Source: Candidatus Sericytochromatia bacterium
GTDB lineage: Bacteria; Cyanobacteriota; Sericytochromatia; S15B-MN24; UBA4093
Direction of reading: 5' to 3'
Assembly: GCA_036676985.1 (NCBI GenBank)
Contig: JAKFBU010000030.1
Coordinates: 86,494 to 150,493 of the forward strand
DNA length: 64,000 nt
Position numbers and translations under genes: made by a program. The notes below the pieces were generated by a model. That model was not told the origin of the DNA and made no database searches. It was given only the letters and a program-made list of their open reading frames with translations. Below, piece by piece: positions 8,980 to 17,074 of this stretch (the first letter of the stretch is position 1; each line of letters starts with the position of its first letter).

Positions 8980-9558
8980 ATGGCCCTCATTAACTACGCC
9001 AGCCGCGAGATCAACTGCAAGATCGTCTACTACGGGACGGGTCTCGGCGGGAAGACCACCAACCTCGAGTACATCTTCAAGCAGCTCGCCCCCGGCATCC
9101 GCGGTGAGATGATCAGCCTCGCCACCGAGACCGAGCGGACGCTGTTCTTCGACTTCCTTCCGCTGGACTTGGGCTCGGTGCAGGGCTTCAAGACCAAATT
9201 CTCGCTCTACACCGTTCCCGGTCAGGTCGAGTACAACGCGAGCCGCAAGCTCATCCTCAACGGCGTCGACGGCATCGTCTTCGTGGCCGACAGCCAGCGC
9301 GAGAAGATGCAGGAGAACATCGAGAGCCTCCGGAACATGGAGGAGAACCTCGCCGAGTACGGCCTCACGCTCGATGCGGTGCCCTACGTGCTGCAGTACA
9401 ACAAGCGCGACCTGCCGAACGTCAACGCCTTCGAGGAGCTCGAGGCGTCCCTGAACGATCGGGCCGTACCCTCGTTCGAGGCCGTCGCGGTCGAGGGGTC
9501 GGGCGTGTTCGCGACCCTCAAGGCCGTCTCCAAGGCGGTCCTCAACCGCCTGAGCTAA
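8980..9558 (+). CDS. mglA: Small Ras-like GTPase MglA
   Basis: [48 protein letters not shown] motifs. Confidence 0.96.
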   Translation: MALINYASREINCKIVYYGTGLGGKTTNLEYIFKQLAPGIRGEMISLATETERTLFFDFLPLDLGSVQGFKTKFSLYTVPGQVEYNASRKLILNGVDGIVFVADSQREKMQENIESLRNMEENLAEYGLTLDAVPYVLQYNKRDLPNVNAFEELEASLNDRAVPSFEAVAVEGSGVFATLKAVSKAVLNRLS

Positions 9559-9623
9559 GTTCCGTCGGTCGAATCAGGGGGGCGGGAGCACTCGTCCCCC
9601 TTTGACCTTAGGAGGACCCCACG

Positions 9624-11549
9624 CTGTCCGACCGCGTCGCCGAATATGAGATCATCGCCGAGCTCGCGCGATCCGCGTCGGGCCGGATCCTGATCGCGCA
9701 GGCGCCGGGCAGCAAGCACCTGCTCGCCATCAAGGAGATGCTCATCGAGCAGGACGCGGGCCTGTCCGTGGAAGAGCAGATCGCGCGCTTCAAGCGCGAG
9801 GCGGACATCCACCTCCAGCTGAGCCACCCCAACATCATCAAGGGCTACGACGCGGGCGTCGACGGCGATCGCCACTACCTGGTCATGGAGTACCAGCCGG
9901 GCGGCACGTGGCACGCCATCATGGAGTCCAAGCGCCTCAGCCCCATCCCCCAGGTGCTCGAGTGGGGCATCCAGCTCTGTTACGCCCTGCAGCACCTCCA
10001 CGAGCAAGGCGTGGTCCACCGGGACGTCAAGCCCGCCAACTGCCTGATCAGCCCCGCCGGCCAGCTCAAGCTGACGGACTTCGGCATGGCGCGCCGCGCC
10101 TTCGCGCCGGGCATCACCCAGGCCAAGATGATGCTCGGCACCCTGAACTACATGTCCCCCGAGCAGCTCCTGGACGCCACCAGCGTGGACGGCCGCTCGG
10201 ACGTGTTCGCGGCGGGCGTCATCCTCTTCAAGGCCTTCACGGGCCACTTGCCGTTCGCGGGCGAGACGCCCACGGACGTGGCGCACCGCTTGCTCTACGC
10301 CGAGCCCACCGATCCCCTGACGCTCAACCCGCGCCTGCCCAAGAGCCTGGGCGACAAGCTCATCAAGTGCCTCAGCAAGGACCCCGACTTCCGCTACCTC
10401 ACCGCGGAGGCCTTCGCGCGGGACCTCGAGGAGGAGCTGCACCAGAGCGCCATTTACCTGTCGCAGGGCCACGACCACGCCGAGCACGCCGAGTGGAAGG
10501 ACGCCAACCACTGCTTCCAGCAGGCCGTCGCCATGGACAGTGCCAACGCCGAGGCGTGGTTCCGCCTGGGCGAGAGCCTGCACCACCTGGGGCAGCCCGA
10601 GCAGGCGAGCGAGTGCTTCCTCAAGGTCATCCACCTGGACTCGTCGCACGTGGAGGCCTACCGCCGGCTGGGCGAGGCCTACCAGTCCACGAACAACCCG
10701 CAGGCGGCCATCAAGATGTTCCAGCGCGCCTGGGTACTCGATCCCAAGGATCAGGCCACCTGCATGGCGCTCTCGCGGGCCTACCACTCGCTGGGCCAGT
10801 CGCAGGAGGCCATGGAGCAGCTGGGCTTCTTGGTCGAGCAGCACCCGGATCTGTCGGTCGCGCACTACGAGCTGGGCCGGGCGCGCTACGCCGCGGGCCT
10901 CCTGGACGAGGCGCTCGCGAGCTTCCGGGCCGCCCACCGGCTCGAGCCGACCAACCCGGACGTGCTCTTCAACCTGGCCTCGTTGCAGCACGAGGTCGGC
11001 AACCTGGAGGACGCCGAGGAGCTGTACGAGAAGCTCATCGTGCTCACGCCGGATCGGCCCTACACGCATGCGCACCACAACCTGGCCTGCCTCTGGCTGA
11101 GCCAGGGACGCCTCGACGAGGCCGAAGCCCAGCTCCAGGCCGTGCTCGCCACCGAGCAGTGGGGCCCCTCGTACCTGGTCCTCGGCGAGATCTACGAGCG
11201 CTCGGGCCGCATGCGCGACGCGGTCGTGGCCTACCAGCAGGCGCTCACCCTCATGCCCGGGGACGCGGACGCCTCGATCGCGTTGGCGGGTGCGTTGCAG
11301 CGCAACTTCCAGCCCAACGCGGCCGTGGACGTCCTCGTCCACGCCGCCCGCCAGGAAGGCCCGGATCAAGCCCGGGTGCTGTATCACCTGGCGCTCGCCT
11401 ACCGGACCCGCGGCGACCATGCGGACGCCGCGCAGGCCTTGCAGGCATGCCTCACCCTCAAGCCGCAGCCCGAGCTCGCCAAGCTGGCCGAGGGGCTCCT
11501 CGCGGCCGTCAGACCGACAGGTCCTAGATCCCTCCGACAACCGAGATGA
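9624..11549 (+). CDS. Hanks-type Ser/Thr protein kinase with C-terminal TPR array; probable CTG start
   Basis: HRDVKPAN, DFG, GTLNYMSPEQ; subdomains I-II (EYEIIAELARSASGRILIA..LAIKEM) lie upstream of ATG 9738; in-frame TAG at 9609, SD GGAGG 9611-9615, CTG 9624. Confidence 0.88.
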   Translation: MSDRVAEYEIIAELARSASGRILIAQAPGSKHLLAIKEMLIEQDAGLSVEEQIARFKREADIHLQLSHPNIIKGYDAGVDGDRHYLVMEYQPGGTWHAIMESKRLSPIPQVLEWGIQLCYALQHLHEQGVVHRDVKPANCLISPAGQLKLTDFGMARRAFAPGITQAKMMLGTLNYMSPEQLLDATSVDGRSDVFAAGVILFKAFTGHLPFAGETPTDVAHRLLYAEPTDPLTLNPRLPKSLGDKLIKCLSKDPDFRYLTAEAFARDLEEELHQSAIYLSQGHDHAEHAEWKDANHCFQQAVAMDSANAEAWFRLGESLHHLGQPEQASECFLKVIHLDSSHVEAYRRLGEAYQSTNNPQAAIKMFQRAWVLDPKDQATCMALSRAYHSLGQSQEAMEQLGFLVEQHPDLSVAHYELGRARYAAGLLDEALASFRAAHRLEPTNPDVLFNLASLQHEVGNLEDAEELYEKLIVLTPDRPYTHAHHNLACLWLSQGRLDEAEAQLQAVLATEQWGPSYLVLGEIYERSGRMRDAVVAYQQALTLMPGDADASIALAGALQRNFQPNAAVDVLVHAARQEGPDQARVLYHLALAYRTRGDHADAAQALQACLTLKPQPELAKLAEGLLAAVRPTGPRSLRQPR

Positions 11550-12598
11550 ACAAGCCCCTGAGCTCCGTGCTCCTGGCCCTTCTGGCCGCCTTCCTGCTCG
11601 CGCTGCCCTCCTGGGCCCACGGCGCCAGGACCGGCTTCTCCGAGGTCATGGTCGACGGCAAGGAGGTGACCTACCTCCTCGAGGTGCCCAGCTACTACCT
11701 GCTCACGGATCTCGACCCCATGGGTCCGCCCGCCGAGAAGGAAGAGCTGCAGGCCCGGCTGTCCGACATCCAGGCGCGGGTGCAGGAGACGCTGCACGTC
11801 AGCAACGGCGAGGCGATCGCCACCCTCTCGGTGGAGGTCCTCGAAGGGGAGAAGTCGGTCGGGCTGGTCCCCATCGCCGCCCGCTACACCTTCGCGGAAC
11901 CCGTCACGGATCTGCGCATCCGGTACGAGCTCTGGGATCCCCAGGAGGCCAACTTCCAGAACCTCCTCAAGGTCCACTACCTCGACGAGACCTACGAGCT
12001 GGCCCTCACGCCCCAGCGCAGCTCCTTTCGGCAGCTCGCAGGCGGCTACTGGGCCCAGATCTCGAGCTTCGTGCACCTCGGCATCGAGCACATCTTCACG
12101 GGCTACGACCACATCCTCTTCATCCTCGGGCTGCTCATCCTGGGCGGCAGCTTCAAGAACCTCTTGAAGGTCGTCACGGCCTTCACCGTCGCCCACTCCA
12201 TCACGCTCATCGCCGCGGCCATGGGCGTCGTGAGCCTGCCCGGCAAGCTCGTCGAGTGCGCGATCGCCCTCTCCATCGCCTACATCGCCGTCGAGAACGT
12301 CTTCCTCAAGAAGGGCACCTACCGCTGGATCCTGGCCTTCGCCTTCGGCCTGATCCACGGTTTCGGCTTCTCGGGGATCCTCGCCGAGCTGGGCCTGCCC
12401 ACCAAGGGCCTCGTCGAGTCCCTGCTGTCGTTCAACGTCGGCGTGGAGCTCGGCCAGATCGTCATCGTGTCCCTGCTCTTCCCGCTGGTGCTCTGGAGCT
12501 CCCGGCGCCCCCAGCACGTCTGGGTGGTGCGGGGCGTCTCCGGCGTCATCTTCGCCTTCGGCATGCTCTGGTTCGTCGAGCGGATCACGGGGGCCTAG
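11546..12598 (+). CDS. HupE/UreJ family membrane protein with N-terminal periplasmic domain
   Basis: Signal peptide ending AH; GIEHIFTGYDHILF, TAFTVAHSITL, FGLIHGFGF, SFNVGVELGQ. Confidence 0.9.
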   Translation: MNKPLSSVLLALLAAFLLALPSWAHGARTGFSEVMVDGKEVTYLLEVPSYYLLTDLDPMGPPAEKEELQARLSDIQARVQETLHVSNGEAIATLSVEVLEGEKSVGLVPIAARYTFAEPVTDLRIRYELWDPQEANFQNLLKVHYLDETYELALTPQRSSFRQLAGGYWAQISSFVHLGIEHIFTGYDHILFILGLLILGGSFKNLLKVVTAFTVAHSITLIAAAMGVVSLPGKLVECAIALSIAYIAVENVFLKKGTYRWILAFAFGLIHGFGFSGILAELGLPTKGLVESLLSFNVGVELGQIVIVSLLFPLVLWSSRRPQHVWVVRGVSGVIFAFGMLWFVERITGA

Positions 12599-12613
12599 CC
12601 ACCCGCCGCGACG

Positions 12614-12640
12614 GGGCGCCCGGGGAGTTCCCGGGCGCCC
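12614..12640 (+). terminator. Hairpin after HupE/UreJ gene
   Basis: GGGCGCCCGGG-loop-CCCGGGCGCCC followed by TGTTGCTT. Confidence 0.55.
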
Positions 12641-12645
12641 TGTTG

Positions 12646-12673
12646 CTTCAACGAAGCTTTACCCAGACATAAG
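12646..12673 (+). promoter_or_regulatory. Hexamers at 11-bp period upstream of PLD gene
   Basis: CTTCAA-N5-CTTTAC-N5-CATAAG; TTCAACGAAGCTTTACCC vs TTCAACGGAGCTTAAACCC at 5167. Confidence 0.45.
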
Positions 12674-12739
12674 AAACTCTCCGACCCGATCCCCCTAAAA
12701 GGACTTTACAGCTAGTTAACGCTTTCAGGGGGATACGAG

Positions 12740-14149
12740 ATGACGATCATCAGCCAGCGCGCCAGCCGCATCAGCAAGGACATGGTCCGCGCCCTCGCTG
12801 AGCACGGCGCCCAGGTCAAGGGCCAGGTCCGCAAGGCCGCCGAGAACATCCCCCTCGACAAGCTCGTCCTGAGCAACGTCGCCAGCCGCGCCAACAAGGT
12901 CACCTACCACGTGGGTGCCGACGAGACCTTCAAGGCCCTGATGGACATGGTCAGCAAGGCCGAGAAGTCCTTCCACATCGAGACCTTCATCTGGCACGAC
13001 GACGAGACCGGCCGCAAGCTCGCCGAGGCGCTCGTCGGCAAGGTCAAGACCGCCAAGGAAGCGGGCAAGTCCTTCGACGCCAAGGTCCTCATCGACTCGA
13101 TCGGCCTCAAGAGCGGCTACGGCACCGATGACAAGAAGATCCTCGAGTTCCTCAACGCCAACGGCGTCGAGGCCCGCATCTTCAACCCCAAGATGGTCAG
13201 CCTCCAGGCCGAGGGCAAGCTGCCCCTGACCCACCGCAAGCTCTACATCGCCGATGGCCAGAAGTACCAGATCGGCGGCCGCAACGTGGGCGACGAGTAC
13301 TTCAAGGGCGAGTTCCACAAGAAGTGGGGCGATGCCGCCTCGAAGACCACCAGCTACCACGACTTCGCCATGACGGTCGAAGGCGAGGAGACGACCCGCA
13401 TCCAGAAGGAGTTCTTCAAGAACTGGAAGACTGCCGGCGGCACCGTTCCCGAGCACTTCCCCGCGGCCAAGCCCGCCCAGGGCGGCAACACGCGCCTCGG
13501 CACCTTCATCACCGACCCCCTGACGGGCGACAAGTCCCTCAAGGAGGCCCACCTCAAGGCGATCGCCGGTGCCAAGCGCGAGATCACCGTCATCAGCCCC
13601 TACTTCGCGGACGACGACTTCGTCGCCGCCCTCATCAAGGCCAAGAAGTCGAACACCGAGGCTCGCGCCAAGCTCCTCGGCCAGGCCACCAACAAGCACG
13701 AGCGCGCCGCTGTCGACCAGACCGTGCCCGAGCTCAAGATCCGGGCGCTGATGCCGCTGGCCGGCGAGAAGGGCAAGGACCTCAACTACCAGATCGACAT
13801 GGAGACCGCCAAGCAGCTGCTGGATGCCGGCATCGAGGTTCGCCTCTCCAAGGGCGGCACCATGGACGGCAAGGCCATCGAGCGCTTCAGCCACTTCAAG
13901 GGCATGACCGTCGACGGCGAGCTCCTGTCGGTCGGCTCGGCCAACGCCGACTACCGCACCTACCACACCAACCACGAGATCGTGAACATCGTCGCCGACC
14001 GCCAGAAGGTCGCCGAGTTCGAGCAGAAGGTGGTTCGTCCCGACTGGGAAGCCGGCATGCCCATCAACCAGGACTGGATCAAGCAGAACTCGACCTGGGG
14101 CGAGCGAGCCTTCCGCAAGGTCTTCGAGGCCCTCGACTTCCTGTACTAG
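12740..14149 (+). CDS. Phospholipase D/cardiolipin-synthase-like protein (two HKD motifs)
   Basis: HRKLYIAD..IGGRNVGDEY and HFKGMTVD..SVGSAN; no TM helix or signal peptide. Confidence 0.88.
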   Translation: MTIISQRASRISKDMVRALAEHGAQVKGQVRKAAENIPLDKLVLSNVASRANKVTYHVGADETFKALMDMVSKAEKSFHIETFIWHDDETGRKLAEALVGKVKTAKEAGKSFDAKVLIDSIGLKSGYGTDDKKILEFLNANGVEARIFNPKMVSLQAEGKLPLTHRKLYIADGQKYQIGGRNVGDEYFKGEFHKKWGDAASKTTSYHDFAMTVEGEETTRIQKEFFKNWKTAGGTVPEHFPAAKPAQGGNTRLGTFITDPLTGDKSLKEAHLKAIAGAKREITVISPYFADDDFVAALIKAKKSNTEARAKLLGQATNKHERAAVDQTVPELKIRALMPLAGEKGKDLNYQIDMETAKQLLDAGIEVRLSKGGTMDGKAIERFSHFKGMTVDGELLSVGSANADYRTYHTNHEIVNIVADRQKVAEFEQKVVRPDWEAGMPINQDWIKQNSTWGERAFRKVFEALDFLY

Positions 14150-14173
14150 TCGTCGTCTCCCCCACCCCTCCGC

Positions 14174-14210
14174 CTCCCCGCCGATCGTCTCGGCGGGGAG
14201 CCCGTTTTGT
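14174..14210 (+). terminator. Intrinsic terminator after PLD gene
   Basis: CTCCCCGCCGA-loop-TCGGCGGGGAG then CCCGTTTTGT. Confidence 0.55.
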
Positions 14211-14358
14211 CCCCTCTCGCCGCGGACCGTTTCCCGTCGAGAGGGGACAGCTCCTCTCGAGAACCGAAACCAAAAAGGATTTCATCACCACTACGTCAAG
14301 CTTTGAGGGTGGTTAAGCTCCAGGCAGGCGAGGTATAGAGCAAGAGAGGGAAGTCGCC

Positions 14359-15333
14359 ATGCCAAGCATCCGATACTGGCAATTGATCATCTCTCTTATC
14401 GGCCTGGGGGCCCTCCTGACGGCATGTCCGCACCAGGGCCCGGCCCTCGACGAGGTGCCGCCTATCTCGGGACGGGTCGACTTCCCCGGCGAGCCGGCCC
14501 TCTCCCCCTATACGACCCAGGCGACGATCTCGGACGTGGCGAACGCCGCCACGGTGGTCCTCATCGACACCACCGCCAACCTCACCCGGGGCTCCACCAT
14601 CACGGACGCGAGCGGCGCCTTCTCGCTCAAGTTCAGCAACAGCTTCAAGCCCACCGCGAGCGCCTCCTACTACCTCGAGGCCGTGCGGGGACTGGGCGGC
14701 AACGCAGCGGGCAAGAACGCGGCACGCGTCCGGACCATCCTGCGCTACGATGGCGGCTGGCAGTCCATCACCTCGGCCCAGACGGGCAACCCCATCCACA
14801 TCAACCTCGGCACCACCGCCATCGCCGCCATCACGAACCTCAAGGGGCCGAGCCGCGTGGACGTGGACGACGTGATCGGAGCGCTCACCGTGTCCCCGGA
14901 GGCCTTCACGCCCGTCACGGGGATCTCGGGAGCGGAGTTCACCACCGTCAAGGGCATCACCGCCTCCCTCTTGAGCGCGGACTCCGATCCCATGGCGGGC
15001 ATCGTCTACGACGCAGGCCCCCCGGAGACCTTCACCCTGCGCAACACCACGAGCTCGCTCACCATGGACCAGGCGACCGCGAGCATCGGCGAGGCCGTCA
15101 CCCTGCGGGGCCTCTCCTTCAACCCCGCAGCTCCGCTCGGCACCACCAACGTCGTCCTGTTCAACAACACGGCGACCGGCTCGGTGACGGGCATCGCGGC
15201 CGATCGCCAATCCATCACGGTGGTCGTGCCGAACGACGCCGTGTCGGGACCGGTCACCGTCCGCACGGGCGGCAAGATCTACGGCCTTCCTTCCTTCACC
15301 GTTTGGAGCACGGTCAATGTCGACCTCTTCTAA
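14359..15333 (+). CDS. Lipoprotein: YxTQ N-domain + IPT/TIG domain
   Basis: Lipobox LTAC; ISGRVDFP..YTTQA; C-terminal GEAVTLRGLSF..VLFN..ITVVVP..AVSGPVTV (IPT/TIG). Confidence 0.8.
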   Translation: MPSIRYWQLIISLIGLGALLTACPHQGPALDEVPPISGRVDFPGEPALSPYTTQATISDVANAATVVLIDTTANLTRGSTITDASGAFSLKFSNSFKPTASASYYLEAVRGLGGNAAGKNAARVRTILRYDGGWQSITSAQTGNPIHINLGTTAIAAITNLKGPSRVDVDDVIGALTVSPEAFTPVTGISGAEFTTVKGITASLLSADSDPMAGIVYDAGPPETFTLRNTTSSLTMDQATASIGEAVTLRGLSFNPAAPLGTTNVVLFNNTATGSVTGIAADRQSITVVVPNDAVSGPVTVRTGGKIYGLPSFTVWSTVNVDLF

Positions 15334-16120
15334 GCGCCTGAGCCGCCTGGCACTCCTCGGCCTCGCGGGGCTCCTCATGGCCTGCAGCGACGACACGTTG
15401 ATCACGGGTGACAACCGCGTGCCCAAGGCGACCCCCACTCCGAGCGCGGTACCGTCCACGGCGCCCAGCGCCTCCCCGTCGCCTACTCCTACCCCCAAGC
15501 CCACGCCCGTGCCCACCCTCGTCTCCCTGATGATCGTGCCCTCCGAGATCAGCCTCACGAGCAATCCGAGCGCTCCGCCGGCCAGCCGCGGCACCAACCT
15601 GGCGGCGATCGCCGTCCTGAGCAACGACCAGCAGGTCTCGGCCGACGTCGTCTGGTCCGTCTTGCCCGCGGGGCTCGTCACGGTCAACGGCGCGGGCTAC
15701 GTGAGCGCCATCGCGAACGTCCCAGGCGGCACGGCCACGGTGACGGCGAGCTCGGGCTCGATCAAGGCCACGGCCTCGGTGACGGTGACGGGCACGCCCC
15801 TGACCGTCAGCTCCATTTCCCTGTCGAGCAACGGGCTGACCCTCTACACGCCCGCCGCGGACGGCCTCAACACCGCAGGCCTGCCCACCAGCGCCCGGCT
15901 CATCGCAGAGGTCACCATGAGCGACGGCAGCACCACGAGCGCCGTCACCTGGTCGAGCGGCGACGAGGCGGTGGCCACCGTGAACGCCGCAGGGTTGGTG
16001 ACGAGCGTCGGGGCGGGACAGACCAACCTCACGGCCAAGGCCGCCCTGGATCCGTCCCAGACCGTGAGCTGCCCGGTGACGGTCAAGGCCCAGGGGCTCG
16101 TCGACGTGACGGTGGAGTGA
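15317..16120 (+). CDS. Lipoprotein with two Ig-like (Big_2) domains
   Basis: Lipobox LMAC; Pro/Thr linker; VTWSSGDEAVATVNAAGLVTSVGAGQTNLTA; ends GLVDVTVE. Confidence 0.82.
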   Translation: MSTSSKRLSRLALLGLAGLLMACSDDTLITGDNRVPKATPTPSAVPSTAPSASPSPTPTPKPTPVPTLVSLMIVPSEISLTSNPSAPPASRGTNLAAIAVLSNDQQVSADVVWSVLPAGLVTVNGAGYVSAIANVPGGTATVTASSGSIKATASVTVTGTPLTVSSISLSSNGLTLYTPAADGLNTAGLPTSARLIAEVTMSDGSTTSAVTWSSGDEAVATVNAAGLVTSVGAGQTNLTAKAALDPSQTVSCPVTVKAQGLVDVTVE

Positions 16121-16124
16121 GGCC

Positions 16125-17063
16125 ATGCGCAAGACGTTGATCGGAGTGGGACTCGTGCTGAGCGTCGCCGGCTGCCAGGCTCCGCTCCTGCCCTCCGTGT
16201 CCCCCGTCCACCAGCCCACGACGTCCGCGGGCGCCCCCGACGAGCAGGGCCGGGTCGCCGTGACGATCCAGTGGCCATACCGGACGCAAGTCATCCCCAC
16301 GAGCACCGAAAAGCTGCGTCTGACGCTCGCCGGGCCCACGTCGCAAACGATCGACATCCTCCGTCCGGACGGCGGGGGGCCGACCAGCACGGCCTCCTTG
16401 ACCCTCGACGTGGGGACGGGCTACACCCTCGCGATCGACGCCCTGGCCAGGCAAAATCAGGGCGAGCTCGACCCGACGCTGCTCGTGGCCTCGGGCCAGA
16501 GCGATCCCTTCGAGGTCGCGGCCAACAAGGTCACGAGCGTGCGCGTGGCGCTCTCGCCGAGCTTCATGCCGGCCATTCTCGACTTCTCGCCGACCAACGG
16601 CGGTCCGGGGACGTACGTGACCGTCCAGGGCTTGAACTTCGGCAGGTCCCGCGACCTCACGCTCGGCTTCCGGTTCGGCGGCACCGTCGCCAGCATCGTG
16701 CACGCGACCGACGACGGCACGGCCTCGGTGCTCGTCCCCGACCTGGCCACCTCGAGCCTGCTCTTCCCGGTGACGGACGGCGTGACGGGGCTGCCCAGCG
16801 GCTCGTTCACCGTCCTCTCCCAGCTCGGCATCCAGCCGGCCGCGAGCACCGTCGCCTCGGGCAGCACGTTCCTGTTCACCGCCCAGGCGACCTCGACCGA
16901 GGGCAGCGAGTTCGCGAGCCCGAGCGTCCAGTGGTATCTCAGCACGAGCTCGATCGGCGCCATCGACGCGAGCGGCACCTTCACGGCTTCCGGATCGGGT
17001 ACCGGCGAGGTGGTGATCTACTCGGGTCGCCTCCTGGCCACGGCCTCGATCACGGTCCCTTAA
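16125..17063 (+). CDS. Lipoprotein: YxTQ N-domain + IPT/TIG + Ig-like domain
   Basis: Lipobox VAGC; GRVAVTIQWPYRTQVIP; DFSPTNGGPGTYVTVQGLNFG; IGAIDASGTFTA. Confidence 0.8.
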   Translation: MRKTLIGVGLVLSVAGCQAPLLPSVSPVHQPTTSAGAPDEQGRVAVTIQWPYRTQVIPTSTEKLRLTLAGPTSQTIDILRPDGGGPTSTASLTLDVGTGYTLAIDALARQNQGELDPTLLVASGQSDPFEVAANKVTSVRVALSPSFMPAILDFSPTNGGPGTYVTVQGLNFGRSRDLTLGFRFGGTVASIVHATDDGTASVLVPDLATSSLLFPVTDGVTGLPSGSFTVLSQLGIQPAASTVASGSTFLFTAQATSTEGSEFASPSVQWYLSTSSIGAIDASGTFTASGSGTGEVVIYSGRLLATASITVP

Positions 17064-17074
17064 GGGAGGCGCCC

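Noticed and set aside
12660-12700. sigma28 promoter upstream of PLD (TAAG...CCGAT)
   Set aside because: Spacing does not fit the sigma28 consensus
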